Source of the DNA: Spirochaetia bacterium
GTDB taxonomy: Bacteria > Spirochaetota > Spirochaetia > DSM-27196 > Salinispiraceae
Reading direction: 5' to 3'
Length of the DNA: 64,000 nucleotides
Assembly: GCA_038204425.1 (NCBI GenBank)
Contig: JBBRCZ010000001.1
Coordinates: 160,001 to 224,000 of the forward strand
Shown: positions 9,299 to 21,114 of the stretch, piece after piece
How positions within the stretch are numbered: position 1 is the first letter of the stretch
How the letters are laid out: every line of letters starts with the position of its first letter
Program-made: the position numbers and the translations under genes
Notes under the pieces: generated by a model
What the model was told of the DNA's origin: nothing
What the model saw: only the letters and a program-made list of their open reading frames with translations
Database searches by the model: none

Positions 9299-12133
9299 AT
9301 GCAAGATAAAATTGTAATTAAGGGTGCGCGTGTACACAACCTAAAAAATATTGACCTGGAGCTTCCGAGAGACTCATTGATTGTTATCTCCGGTTTGTCG
9401 GGTAGTGGCAAATCTTCTTTGGCCTTTGACACCATTTACGCTGAAGGCCAACGTCGTTATGTTGAGTCATTGTCAGCTTATGCTCGGCAGTTTTTGGGCT
9501 TAATGGACAAACCAGACGTTGATTCCATCGAAGGCCTTTCTCCAGCTATTTCTATTGAACAGAAAACTACCAATCGAAATCCCCGCTCAACGGTTGGAAC
9601 CATAACCGAGGTTTATGACTATTTCCGCTTACTTTTTGCTCGTATTGGTGTACCACATGATCCGATTAGCGGAAAAGTCATCGACAAACAAAGTATCGAT
9701 CAAATCGTTAACACGGTTATGGACCTAAAAGAAAGTATTAAACTTTCGATTTTTTCTCCGGTAATCCGTGGGAAGAAAGGGCAGCATCTGAAGATCTTTG
9801 AGGATGCCAAAAAAGGCGGCTTTTCCAAAGTTAGGGTCAATGGAAAAGTTTTGGACTTAGAAGAGACGCCTGAGCTAGAAAAACAGCAGAAACATACCAT
9901 AGAAATTGTCATAGATAGGATAGTAAAAAAACAAGAGAACAGATCCAGGATTGCGGAATCACTTGAGACGGCGCTCGAACTGTCAGGTGGTTTGGTCATT
10001 ATTTTAATTAGTGATTCTGAAAATGAGTACGAGCGTTCTTTCTCCGAGAAGTACTATTATCCTGATAGCAATACGGCATTCCCAGACTTGGAACCAAGAC
10101 TGTTTTCGTTCAACAGTCCTTTTGGCGCTTGTAAAGCGTGTTCTGGACTGGGGATCACGCTTGAATTTGACCGCGATTTAATCATGCCTGACGCAAGTCT
10201 TTCCTTTAACGAAGGTGCACTTTTGCCTTACAATCCAAGTGCTCAGTGGAATCGAAGCAAGTTTGAGGCTTTGGCAAAACGTTACGGTTTTAGTTTAAAT
10301 GAACCGCTCGCGGATCTTCCTAAACACCTGCTGGATATAATTTTTGACGGCAGTGGTGAGAGTATTGATGTCAGCTATGTTAACAAGGCACAGACCGGCA
10401 AGTACGAGTTTAGTAGCGTATGGGAAGGCATCAATGGTGATCTTCAAAGGCGATACAAAGAAAGTAGCTCAGATGGCATCAAGGAATGGCTAGAAGCCTA
10501 TATGAGTCAAAAGGCCTGCCCATCTTGCAATGGCAAGAGGCTGATTCCAGAAGTGCTTGCGATTACTATTGAGGGACGCAGTATCCACGATCTAACTAGC
10601 TTAAGTATTAGAGATTCGCTACAGTTCTTTAGCGATCTTTCTTTAACAGGGGTCAACGAAGAGATAGCCAGACCAATACTAAAAGAGGTGCATGCTCGGC
10701 TTGGTTTTTTGTCCAGTGTGGGACTGGACTACCTTACCCTTGACCGTATGGCATCGACCTTGTCTGGTGGAGAGGCCCAACGAATTCGTTTAGCCACTCA
10801 AATAGGTAGCGCTCTGGTTGGAGTGCTTTACGTTTTGGATGAACCATCAATTGGACTTCACCAACGAGACAATGAAAAACTGATCGAGACCCTTATAAAG
10901 CTGAGGAACCTTGGCAACACTTTGGTTGTAGTAGAACACGATGAGCAAACCTTACGCATGGCAGATTACATCGTGGACTTGGGACCAGGGGCAGGTGTAC
11001 ATGGTGGATCTATTGTCGCCAGTGGAAGTCCCGCTCAGATAATGAAGAATCCAAAAAGCTTAACAGGGCAGTATCTGAACGGTGCCCTCAATTTCCCTAA
11101 ACGACCAGCTCAGCGCAAAGGAAATGGCAAAAACCTTACCATCATTGGTGCACGTGAACACAACTTAAAGAACATAAGCGTTAGCTTTCCACTGGGCACT
11201 TTGTCGGTCATCACCGGCGTGTCGGGTTCAGGCAAATCGACACTGCTTTCTGACATCCTCTATCCGTCAATTGCCAATGGACTCAACCGTTCAAATCATA
11301 GGGTCGGAGACTGCGACGGAATCCAAGGTGCCGAACACATAGACAAGATAATCAACGTGGATCAAAGTCCGATAGGTAGAACCCCACGGTCTAATCCGGC
11401 CACTTATGTGGGGCTATTTGGTCCAATTCGCGACCTTTTTGCTAGTTTGCCAGACGCTAAAACACGCGGCTTTAAGCCTGGTCGGTTTTCCTTTAATGTT
11501 AAGGGCGGTCGTTGCGAAAATTGTGAAGGTGCCGGCACAATAAAAATAGAGATGCATTTTTTGCCGGACATCTACGTGACTTGTGATGTTTGTGGCGGCA
11601 AGCGATTCAACCGTGAGACATTGGAAGTCCGTTACAAGGGAAAAAATATCTACGAGGTTCTTGAGATGTCGATAGAGGAAGCCAGCCAATTTTTTGCTGC
11701 CATACCATCGGCTTCCAACAAACTCAAGACTTTGTGTGAGGTTGGACTTGAGTATATAAAAGTAGGGCAGTCGGCACTAACCTTGTCAGGGGGTGAGGCT
11801 CAAAGAGTCAAACTGTCGTTAGAACTGGCAAAACGTTCCACGGGTAAAACGCTCTACATTCTGGATGAACCCACTACAGGTTTACATTTTGCTGATGTAA
11901 AAAAACTAATGGAAGTCTTGCAGGCCTTGGTAGACAAAGGAAATTCCGTCATACTCATAGAACACAACCTAGATGTGATTTCTCAATGCGACTACATCGT
12001 AGATCTAGGCCCAGAAGGTGGTGATAAGGGTGGCGAAATTATAGTATGCGGAAGTCCTGCCATTGTTTCAGCAAATCTTCAGTCCTATACAGGTTATTAT
12101 CTCAAGGAACTAATGGATCGCGTCCAACAATGA
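9299..12133 (+). CDS. uvrA: Excinuclease ABC subunit A
   Basis: Two ABC cassettes (GLSGSGKS, GVSGSGKS, LSGGEAQR twice) and CENC..CDVC zinc finger. Confidence 0.98.
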   Translation: MQDKIVIKGARVHNLKNIDLELPRDSLIVISGLSGSGKSSLAFDTIYAEGQRRYVESLSAYARQFLGLMDKPDVDSIEGLSPAISIEQKTTNRNPRSTVGTITEVYDYFRLLFARIGVPHDPISGKVIDKQSIDQIVNTVMDLKESIKLSIFSPVIRGKKGQHLKIFEDAKKGGFSKVRVNGKVLDLEETPELEKQQKHTIEIVIDRIVKKQENRSRIAESLETALELSGGLVIILISDSENEYERSFSEKYYYPDSNTAFPDLEPRLFSFNSPFGACKACSGLGITLEFDRDLIMPDASLSFNEGALLPYNPSAQWNRSKFEALAKRYGFSLNEPLADLPKHLLDIIFDGSGESIDVSYVNKAQTGKYEFSSVWEGINGDLQRRYKESSSDGIKEWLEAYMSQKACPSCNGKRLIPEVLAITIEGRSIHDLTSLSIRDSLQFFSDLSLTGVNEEIARPILKEVHARLGFLSSVGLDYLTLDRMASTLSGGEAQRIRLATQIGSALVGVLYVLDEPSIGLHQRDNEKLIETLIKLRNLGNTLVVVEHDEQTLRMADYIVDLGPGAGVHGGSIVASGSPAQIMKNPKSLTGQYLNGALNFPKRPAQRKGNGKNLTIIGAREHNLKNISVSFPLGTLSVITGVSGSGKSTLLSDILYPSIANGLNRSNHRVGDCDGIQGAEHIDKIINVDQSPIGRTPRSNPATYVGLFGPIRDLFASLPDAKTRGFKPGRFSFNVKGGRCENCEGAGTIKIEMHFLPDIYVTCDVCGGKRFNRETLEVRYKGKNIYEVLEMSIEEASQFFAAIPSASNKLKTLCEVGLEYIKVGQSALTLSGGEAQRVKLSLELAKRSTGKTLYILDEPTTGLHFADVKKLMEVLQALVDKGNSVILIEHNLDVISQCDYIVDLGPEGGDKGGEIIVCGSPAIVSANLQSYTGYYLKELMDRVQQ

Positions 12134-15100
12134 CAAAGCCTCTGGCATTTTTCGTCTGGACGATATTTTTACTATTTGCGTACCATCTACCGCTCTATGC
12201 CCAAACAACAGGTACTCAAGCTCCCACAGTAAGCACTACGAGCACGTCTATTCTGAGTGCCGCATCCCAGAACAAACCCGGTTCACTCTACAGCGACTTT
12301 GTCCTTCAAGACATTGAAACATCACGAATTGAGGAACTTTCTCAATGGGCTATACAGCTTGGCCTTTCCTCCAAGGGTGGTATTGCTGAATTACGAGCAA
12401 AACTTGTTGATTACTATAGAAACCTGCAAAAAGAAGCCCAGGATCTAAAGGCAGCCGAAGCTGGTGTGGATGCAGCAATAATTGGTTCAACAACTATTCC
12501 AGTGCCAAATAATCAAGAAAACTCAACGGCCCGCGCAGAAAAGAACATCAGCATAAAAATTGAGCGCTCTGGTAGTGCGGAGTATTTTTCTATGGAATCG
12601 ACAGGCGACGATCTGGTTCGATTGTCATCGGGTGTTTCGCTAGTGCTGCGAGACAATGCAGATGGACTTGAGCATAAAATTTCGGCTGACGAAATTACCA
12701 TAAATAGAAAAACCAAGGAGCTAAACGCTCGTGGACAGGTAGTTTATCAACAAGGTACTCAGACCTTTACCGGTGAGGAAATGCTGTTTTTTCCTGACAA
12801 TCAAAACACAATTTTTATTGACGCAACGGGTGAACGCGGCCAAAGTCTAAGTGGAGCCACGGCAACTTTTCGCATAAAAGGACACGTGCTCAATCGATTG
12901 CTCAAAGAAATTATTGTATTGGAAGATGCCTACTTAAGTTCTAGTAAGGTCAATCCAGACGCTTATCGTATAACGGCGAATAAAATTTGGATTCTATCAT
13001 CAGGGGAGTGGGCAATAGACAGCATGATCCTTTATGTAGGCAATATTCCTGTCTTCTACTTTCCCTTCTTCTATATGCCACCAGATGAGTTAGTGTTTCA
13101 TCCGGCAATTGGCACCAAGTCAATAGAAGGTTGGTCGCTTCAAACCACATGGTATATTTTTGGCAAAAAGCCCGAGTCAAAAAAACCCTTGTCGTTTCTC
13201 AATTTGGACTTTGATGACAACAAAGACTATGACTTGGTGCCGCGTGGCCTTTTTCTCAAACGCGTTCCCAAAAAAAATACCTTGGCTGCCAGTCAAGCAA
13301 ATAGCCAGCCTGGCAGTCAACTAGTTGCCAGTAATCTCAAGTTTATGTTGGACTACTACACACGGCTCGGGTTTTTTGTTGGCATGAACCTAAACTCCAA
13401 AGGCGATGTATTTAGTACTTTAGACATCGACTTGGGCTTTGCTTTTTCCCGTAGAATTTTTGCTGGCCCAGGCGGGTACACGTCGTTCTACCAAGATCCC
13501 AATACCTTGGAGTTTAAGGAATATTGGGACAAGGGCTATTTCGCCGGACAGGAGCTTCCGTTTCGGTATTTTTTGGACGTTAGAACGGGTATTGTGATCA
13601 AAGGACTCAACAACGCAACAATTTCAGTTAATTTACCACTACGAAGTGACCCATATGTAATTGATGATTTTCTTAAGGGCAGAGCCGAGGATATTGACTG
13701 GCAAGGCTTGCTAAATATCGATACAACAACGGTAGAACTTGCAAGTACACCACTGCAAATTAGTAATTCTGATCCTGTTTTTAAGATATCAAGCACCACA
13801 TTAGATATTCCAGTTGCCGGATTAAATCCAATAGTTAATAAGCTAAGCATTAACAGCCCAGAGTTAAACTGGGCTTGGAAACAAATTAGTGTACCAAGCG
13901 CAGAAATAGATCCTGAAATACTTGCATCTTACAATCCAACGGAAGCGGCGTTCTACGCACCTAGTTTACTCACCTTGCCAAGTTTTTCACTGACACTCGC
14001 TGGAAAGCTATTGAAGTTGCCCTACCAAAAGCCGCTACCCGTGCTTGATAGTTCAAAACGAGAAGCCGTACCTTATTTGGCACCGGGGAAGAGTTTTGCT
14101 GACTTAGGAACGGCTATTGATGCTACTAGTGAATCAGGTGCGCAATCACAAATTAGCGCGTCTCAAGAAGACTTATCTGAGCAAAACGACGAGAAACTTG
14201 ATAAACTTCAAGTAGCAGAAAAGCTAACCATAGCTAGCTCTAGTTCAACTTTGGATCAAATTTCTCTGGATTTGGACTATGCTTTCACACCCGGTTTTAA
14301 ACTCTTGGCCGACTTTCCTCTAAAAAACAACACAAGTCCTCTTTCTGCTGAGTATTTGATTGAGAAGTGGAGTTACGAACTAGTCTCCAGTGGGTCGCTA
14401 AGCCTAGGATTTAGTTTGCCTTATCGAATAGTTTCATACAAGGGCAGTTTGGGTTTGACAAGCAGTCAAAGGGAGTTTTTTGCGCCTGATTCTACGATTA
14501 CCAATGCGGAACTACTCGCCTTTACTAAATCCGATTTTGACAGGCGCTTTTTAAATGTAACACAAAACAATCGAATAGACGTAAACCCTTTTACACTTAT
14601 ACCAGAACTGGCCAGTTCTAGTATTTACTATGATTTTAACTACACTGTATTAAAACAACGTTATCAGGAGACCTCAGTTAGCAATTGGACAGTCGAAGAC
14701 ACGTGGTTTGCTTGGCAACCGGCTTTCATAAGCACCCATACGTTAGGACTATCACTTGTTCTAAATAGTGGTTTGATAAGCAGTGACATAACTACGTCGT
14801 ATTCCTTGCCGCCACTTGCCGAAACATGGAGCTATGGTTTCAACTTTAGTCTTAAGACAAGCCCTGCTTCAAGAGATTGGCTAAAGACCGGGTTCTCGGG
14901 CTCAGTATTGTCGCCGAGTAGCGACTGGCAAGCACAAGCTATCAACTTCTTGGCAAATTTCACCATTTTAGACGACTTTTATCTGAACAACACCCTTACC
15001 TATACCCCTGCTTTGGATAAGGTCAGCGCTTTAAACAATACGCTTAAGATTGGACCATTGAACGTAGCATTAGAATCAACCTTGTCCCAGCGGCAGGGCT

Positions 15101-15714
15101 ACGATTACACACGCAATCCACCTGACTGGGCCAACTTAGATCCTGTCGCGATTCTACAACCAAGCAAAATAACGACCAACTTGAGCTTGTTGATTACTCC
15201 TCCTGATTTGTGGGAAGGAAGAATCAGGCAGGAGAAGCTTGAGTTTAATGTTGCTTACACCCAAAATCTTTTGCGGGTAACTGAAAACCTAATTTTTTCT
15301 TATTCTTTGAATTACAGTATCAAGGTCTTTGAGGCGTTCGATTTTTCGTTTGCGCTTACGGGAGGAAACAGAAATTTCTACCGCTACTTCCCCGGTTTTG
15401 CGGAAACCATTGGGGTTGCACCACTCAATTTCCTTGAAGATTTGTGGAAAGGCATCAATATTTTTGATAGTGAAGGATTGCAGGAAACCTCGTTTAAGCT
15501 CAACTCAATCTTGGTTTCGCTAACCCATAATGTCGGAGATTGGTACGTAAAGTTGACGCTAAACACCAAGCCTCTTTTGGAAACTATCAATGGTGGAAGC
15601 GCCTATATTTGGGATTCAAGCGTTAGTCTATTTATTATTTGGAGTCCAATTGAAGAAATTAAAAAGAAATTTGAAATCAAAAAAGACGTTTGGAGAGATG
15701 TAAGTGGTACTTGA
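12130..15714 (+). CDS. lptD: Large outer-membrane protein, spirochaetal LptD-like
   Basis: ATGA overlap with the uvrA stop; signal peptide; OstA-like jellyroll region with LYVGNIPVFYFPFFY and HPAIG..GWSLQTT; amphipathic C-terminal beta-strands; position after uvrA as recalled from other spirochaetes. Confidence 0.7.
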   Translation: MTKPLAFFVWTIFLLFAYHLPLYAQTTGTQAPTVSTTSTSILSAASQNKPGSLYSDFVLQDIETSRIEELSQWAIQLGLSSKGGIAELRAKLVDYYRNLQKEAQDLKAAEAGVDAAIIGSTTIPVPNNQENSTARAEKNISIKIERSGSAEYFSMESTGDDLVRLSSGVSLVLRDNADGLEHKISADEITINRKTKELNARGQVVYQQGTQTFTGEEMLFFPDNQNTIFIDATGERGQSLSGATATFRIKGHVLNRLLKEIIVLEDAYLSSSKVNPDAYRITANKIWILSSGEWAIDSMILYVGNIPVFYFPFFYMPPDELVFHPAIGTKSIEGWSLQTTWYIFGKKPESKKPLSFLNLDFDDNKDYDLVPRGLFLKRVPKKNTLAASQANSQPGSQLVASNLKFMLDYYTRLGFFVGMNLNSKGDVFSTLDIDLGFAFSRRIFAGPGGYTSFYQDPNTLEFKEYWDKGYFAGQELPFRYFLDVRTGIVIKGLNNATISVNLPLRSDPYVIDDFLKGRAEDIDWQGLLNIDTTTVELASTPLQISNSDPVFKISSTTLDIPVAGLNPIVNKLSINSPELNWAWKQISVPSAEIDPEILASYNPTEAAFYAPSLLTLPSFSLTLAGKLLKLPYQKPLPVLDSSKREAVPYLAPGKSFADLGTAIDATSESGAQSQISASQEDLSEQNDEKLDKLQVAEKLTIASSSSTLDQISLDLDYAFTPGFKLLADFPLKNNTSPLSAEYLIEKWSYELVSSGSLSLGFSLPYRIVSYKGSLGLTSSQREFFAPDSTITNAELLAFTKSDFDRRFLNVTQNNRIDVNPFTLIPELASSSIYYDFNYTVLKQRYQETSVSNWTVEDTWFAWQPAFISTHTLGLSLVLNSGLISSDITTSYSLPPLAETWSYGFNFSLKTSPASRDWLKTGFSGSVLSPSSDWQAQAINFLANFTILDDFYLNNTLTYTPALDKVSALNNTLKIGPLNVALESTLSQRQGYDYTRNPPDWANLDPVAILQPSKITTNLSLLITPPDLWEGRIRQEKLEFNVAYTQNLLRVTENLIFSYSLNYSIKVFEAFDFSFALTGGNRNFYRYFPGFAETIGVAPLNFLEDLWKGINIFDSEGLQETSFKLNSILVSLTHNVGDWYVKLTLNTKPLLETINGGSAYIWDSSVSLFIIWSPIEEIKKKFEIKKDVWRDVSGT

Positions 15715-15738
15715 GACCAATAAGAAATCGAGGAAACA

Positions 15739-16704
15739 GTGAACAACGCGCAAAAAGTCGTTTTTGACAACAACCATATACTGCAAGAAATCTGTGGTAC
15801 AGTTGATGGCAATCTCAAGTATTTGGAAACGCTCTTTGACTCGCGCATTTTTGTAAGAGGCAATGAATTGATTATAGAAAGTCAGGACATCGGGTTTCAG
15901 GCTAGATTTGCCCGTCTTATTGCTGAACTGCACCGATTTGCTGACGAGCGAATTACAATAACGGAAAGCCTTATTAATTCTTGCTTTCAAGCCATCAGCA
16001 CCAATAATCAATCCTTAGATCTGCTAAGAGAAAACATGGTTTCTATACCGCAGGGGTTCAAGAAGGTATACCCGAGAAATATCAATCAAGCCAGTTTTCT
16101 TGCTGGCATTAGGAGTCACGACCTTTCTTTTGGGGTAGGCCCTGCAGGAACCGGCAAAACCTTCTTAGCGATAGCACATGCTCTTTCTGAAATTCTCTCC
16201 CACAAAAAAAAGAAACTTCTCTTGACTAGACCGGTAGTGGAAGCCGGTGAGAACTTGGGTTTTTTGCCAGGCGATCTAAACCAGAAGCTGAATCCTTACA
16301 TTAAGCCGCTATATGATGCTATGGAGAGTATGATTTCTGGTGATTTAATCGCAAAACTCGAAGAAAATAATGTTATTGAGATAGCACCACTTGCCTATAT
16401 GCGCGGTCGAAGCCTTGTCAATAGTTACATTATTTTAGACGAGGCTCAAAATACAACGCTTGAACAAATGAAAATGTTTTTAACAAGGATTGGTGAAGGT
16501 TCAAAAGTTGTCGTAACTGGCGATATAACCCAGATTGACCTTGGAAGAGGAAAAGTATCAGGTTTAGTAGACGCGCTGAGGGTATTGGAGGGCGTCAAAG
16601 GCGTCTATGTTAGTCAGTTCAATACTAGTGATGTCGTCAGATCCAATTTGGTGCAACGCATAATCGGAGCCTACGAGACTGATGCAAAAAAGGAATATCA
16701 ATGA
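15739..16704 (+). CDS. phoH: PhoH family ATPase
   Basis: GPAGTGKT, RPVVEAGENLGFLPG, YMRGRS and LDEAQN motifs. Confidence 0.95.
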   Translation: MNNAQKVVFDNNHILQEICGTVDGNLKYLETLFDSRIFVRGNELIIESQDIGFQARFARLIAELHRFADERITITESLINSCFQAISTNNQSLDLLRENMVSIPQGFKKVYPRNINQASFLAGIRSHDLSFGVGPAGTGKTFLAIAHALSEILSHKKKKLLLTRPVVEAGENLGFLPGDLNQKLNPYIKPLYDAMESMISGDLIAKLEENNVIEIAPLAYMRGRSLVNSYIILDEAQNTTLEQMKMFLTRIGEGSKVVVTGDITQIDLGRGKVSGLVDALRVLEGVKGVYVSQFNTSDVVRSNLVQRIIGAYETDAKKEYQ

Positions 16705-17162
16705 ATACTGTCTTGATTGATGCAATCGGCATCCAAGAACCAAGCTGGATCTCGGATCTCGAGGTTTTTGTAGACACGGTTCTTCATGCCCTTAAACGCA
16801 GCGAATGGGAGATTTCTATTCTGTTGTGTGACGATCAGCATATAGCTGCTATGAATAAGGACTACCGAAATGTGGAAGGTCCAACAGATGTTCTTTCGTT
16901 TGCTCAAATTGAATCTGCTGATGAAATTCCAGTTTCCGGGCCCTTTCTTGCTGGAGACATTGTGATTTCTCTATCCTATGTACAGGAAAACGCCAATACT
17001 TATACAATAGACTTTGATGAAGAGTTTAAACGCGTCATTATTCATGGCATTCTTCACTTGTCTGGTATGGATCACGAGAGCAACAGCGCTCAAGAGCCAA
17101 TGTTGATTCTTCAGGAAGAATTGCTAAAGGCTCACAATGGAAGGATTGTTTTTTGTCTATGA
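16701..17162 (+). CDS. ybeY: rRNA maturation RNase YbeY
   Basis: PTDVLSF, GDIVIS and HGILHLSGMDH motifs. Confidence 0.95.
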   Translation: MNTVLIDAIGIQEPSWISDLEVFVDTVLHALKRSEWEISILLCDDQHIAAMNKDYRNVEGPTDVLSFAQIESADEIPVSGPFLAGDIVISLSYVQENANTYTIDFDEEFKRVIIHGILHLSGMDHESNSAQEPMLILQEELLKAHNGRIVFCL

Positions 17163-17947
17163 AAAAGTTCTGGCACCATCTTGCTTCCTATTTTTCGAGG
17201 CTCCCGTCTCATGGTGGGGAGGTACATCGTCTTGAAAAAGAAGAAATGATTGAAGGTATAGAAGACCTGTCCAGAACTACGGTTAAGGAAATTATGGTAC
17301 CTCGGATAGATGTTATTAGTTTGTCGCTCGATATGAAGCGTGACGAGGCACTTGATTTAGTCACCAAAGAAAGTCATTCGCGTTACCCAGTTTATAAAGA
17401 TACAATTGATAATGTGGCTGGCATTCTCTACAGCAAGGATTTACTTAGATATAACCACAATAACCCCGGGTCGTTTAGTTTAAGCGAGTTGATACGCAAA
17501 CCATACTTTGTTCCAGAAAGTGTCCGGCTCGATTCTCTATTGAGAGAAATGAAGAAACGAAAGGTACATATAGCAGTTGTAGTAGATGAGTATGGTGGCG
17601 TGAGTGGTATTGTTTGTATGGAGGATATCCTTGAAGAAATTATTGGAGACATTCAGGACGAATTTGACAACGAACGAGACGACATACTGAAGTTGTCTGA
17701 TCAGGTTTATCTGTGCGAAGGCCGAGCATCAATTGAAGATATTAACGATGCGCTGGAAATTGAAATTCCTAGTGAAGATTTTGATACCTTGGGCGGGTTT
17801 GTGTTCGATCTTTTTGGTCGAATTCCTGTGAGGTATGAAAAGGTACAATGGGCCAGCTTTGATCTAATAATTCAAGAAATGGATGGCCACAAAATAAAGT
17901 CCGTCAAAATCATAAAGAGTGGTAATAAGGATGAAAGTGAAAAGTAG
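17159..17947 (+). CDS. CBS/CorC-HlyC domain protein (TlyC-like)
   Basis: EIMVPR, HSRYPVY, VVDEYGG, EEIIGDIQDEFD and DTLGGF motifs; ATGA overlap with ybeY. Confidence 0.9.
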   Translation: MKKFWHHLASYFSRLPSHGGEVHRLEKEEMIEGIEDLSRTTVKEIMVPRIDVISLSLDMKRDEALDLVTKESHSRYPVYKDTIDNVAGILYSKDLLRYNHNNPGSFSLSELIRKPYFVPESVRLDSLLREMKKRKVHIAVVVDEYGGVSGIVCMEDILEEIIGDIQDEFDNERDDILKLSDQVYLCEGRASIEDINDALEIEIPSEDFDTLGGFVFDLFGRIPVRYEKVQWASFDLIIQEMDGHKIKSVKIIKSGNKDESEK

Positions 17948-19937
17948 TAAGGTTCTTTTTCTTACCGGTCTATTTTTTTTAAGTACGTTTCCGCTATCCG
18001 CCCAAAGTGCGCGGGATTACTACCAAAAAGGCAGAGACGCAATGGAGCGAGAACAGCCGTTTGAGGCCGTTGAATCCTTCAAGGAAGCGCTCAGGCTCAA
18101 TCCGCGCTATTTGGAACCTCACATTGGTCTAGCCAAAGTCTACTATTACTTAGACGAGTACGATGAGGCTCTACGTTATGTTGCTTTGGCGGGAAAAATC
18201 GGCGGTGATAGCTCGGCCTTGCTCAACATTAATGGCAGAATTTTGCTGGCACTGGGTAAACCTCAGGACGCCTCGCGATTGTTTAAACTAGTGCTTCAGA
18301 AAGAACCCTACAACATCGAGGCAATTAGCGGTTTGGCGGAGTTTTCACTTTCGCAAGGCGACCGGCTTAGCGCCTTACAGCAATTTCAAAAGTCACTCCA
18401 GTATGACGCCAATGATAGAAGAATACTCTTAGCATTGGCACTCATGTATGAAGAAAAAGGTGATCGCCAACGAGCGGAGGTTTACTTGCTCAAAGCAATA
18501 GACACGTACTCGGAACACCCTCTGGTTCAAGCTTTGGCTGCCTCACTATACCTCGAGCGCGGTGATTTTGCTCAGGCCGAATTTCATGCTAAGACAGCTC
18601 TTAGTATTCAACCAAACTATCGTGATGCTTTGCGTTTGCTTGGAACCATTAATCTTAGAACCGCGCGTTTTAGTCAGACCATTGCAATTATGGACCAATT
18701 GATTGATTTGGAACCCAAAAACAGGGCAGCATGGTACCTTCGTGGAATGGCTAGCATCAAACTTAAGAAAACGGAAGATGGTATTAGTGCCTTTGAGCGC
18801 GTTCTTGGCATTGCACCCAACGATGAGATAAGTAGAATCGTCTTGGAAGATACGGTAATCCAAGAGCTCAAGCCAGAAGATCAACGCAGATCACGTTATG
18901 CAGCTTATCATTTTGATCAGGCGCTACAGTTTCAAAAAAAGAACCTCAATGATCGCGCAGCATATCACTTTCGCCGAGGACTATTTATTGCACCTCTTGA
19001 TACACGAGGTAGGCAAAACTATGCAGCTTACCTAAAAGCAAGCGGGCAACGAGCCGGTTTTCTAAAACAGCTCGATGACTTAAAGCGCCTAGGTGTAAAT
19101 AATTCATTTGTTAACGATAACTTGGAGATCTACAAAAGTTTGCTTACTGAGAGTGTTTCCAATACCTGGGCAATTGATCAGTTTGTAGTTGATCGAGACC
19201 CCTTATTGGTGAGAGTTTTCTATCTACCCAATGCGCAAAAGTTAGATCATCCTCTAGCAGAGGAGTATCTTGCCAACTTTTTTCAGACTATGCTTGGTAT
19301 GAGCAGCAAGGTTTCGTTTTCTAAAGACAGAGATGCAAACGCACATCAAACTATGCTACCTCGTTCTATCAACCGCGAGTCTGATGCATTCTCGATAGCT
19401 CGTTCAGAGGGTGCAGATTTCTATGTGATAATTAATAGTACTGAGTCGGGGGACAATTTCCAACTATCGGCCCCGCTATACTTAGCCCGAACAGGAAACC
19501 AGCTCAACAACCATGGATCATTTAGAACAGGAAATTTTAGACTTCAAAACGCCATTGCGCAAGTTGCGCAGTCTATTTCATCAGCGTTGCCCTTGCGCGG
19601 ACGTTTGATAAAAAGAAGTTCCAATGATGGTGTTGTCAATCTTGGCGTTTTGGATGGCCTTAAAATTGGAGACTCTTTGCATGTCATTAGACCCGATGCT
19701 TACGTACTAAAAGGGGACGCTCCAGGCTTTATTTTCAATCAAGAACACAAGACTGCTAGCTTTAAAGTTGCACGAGTAGATGACTATATAGCCTCCGGTA
19801 CTCTTGTTAGAGAAGGATTCTTCGATAAGATTAACATTGGCGATGTTATACTCAAAGAAGGAGAGAGTGCCGGCAAACTGGAGCAAGCCAGCGCAAATTT
19901 TCCTATTCTGTATAACAAGATACGCTCGATTCGTTAA
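17931..19937 (+). CDS. Exported tetratricopeptide-repeat protein
   Basis: Signal peptide (..PLSA-Q), about nine TPRs, and a C-terminal VNLG..DGLK.GD beta domain resembling the FlgT C-terminus. Confidence 0.8.
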   Translation: MKVKSSKVLFLTGLFFLSTFPLSAQSARDYYQKGRDAMEREQPFEAVESFKEALRLNPRYLEPHIGLAKVYYYLDEYDEALRYVALAGKIGGDSSALLNINGRILLALGKPQDASRLFKLVLQKEPYNIEAISGLAEFSLSQGDRLSALQQFQKSLQYDANDRRILLALALMYEEKGDRQRAEVYLLKAIDTYSEHPLVQALAASLYLERGDFAQAEFHAKTALSIQPNYRDALRLLGTINLRTARFSQTIAIMDQLIDLEPKNRAAWYLRGMASIKLKKTEDGISAFERVLGIAPNDEISRIVLEDTVIQELKPEDQRRSRYAAYHFDQALQFQKKNLNDRAAYHFRRGLFIAPLDTRGRQNYAAYLKASGQRAGFLKQLDDLKRLGVNNSFVNDNLEIYKSLLTESVSNTWAIDQFVVDRDPLLVRVFYLPNAQKLDHPLAEEYLANFFQTMLGMSSKVSFSKDRDANAHQTMLPRSINRESDAFSIARSEGADFYVIINSTESGDNFQLSAPLYLARTGNQLNNHGSFRTGNFRLQNAIAQVAQSISSALPLRGRLIKRSSNDGVVNLGVLDGLKIGDSLHVIRPDAYVLKGDAPGFIFNQEHKTASFKVARVDDYIASGTLVREGFFDKINIGDVILKEGESAGKLEQASANFPILYNKIRSIR

Positions 19938-19979
19938 AAACAACCGTCACCAATCTTCTCTTGCTATCTGTTTGTGCAG

Positions 19980-20008
19980 TTGACAGACGGAATGGATTTT
20001 CATACAAT
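19980..20008 (+). promoter_or_regulatory. Sigma70-type promoter of gap
   Basis: TTGACA-17 bp-TACAAT; GGAGG RBS before ATG 20046. Confidence 0.8.
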
Positions 20009-20021
20009 CAGATGAAAATAA

Positions 20022-21047
<1,026 letters not shown>

Positions 21048-21067
21048 AACCGTTTCTGGCAACTATC

Positions 21068-21091
21068 GGCCTCCGTAAGGGGGCCTTTTTT
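21068..21091 (+). terminator. Intrinsic terminator between gap and pgk
   Basis: GGCCTCC-GTAA-GGGGGCC stem-loop followed by T6. Confidence 0.8.
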
Positions 21092-21114
21092 CTATTTTCT
21101 TTTGGAGGCGATTC

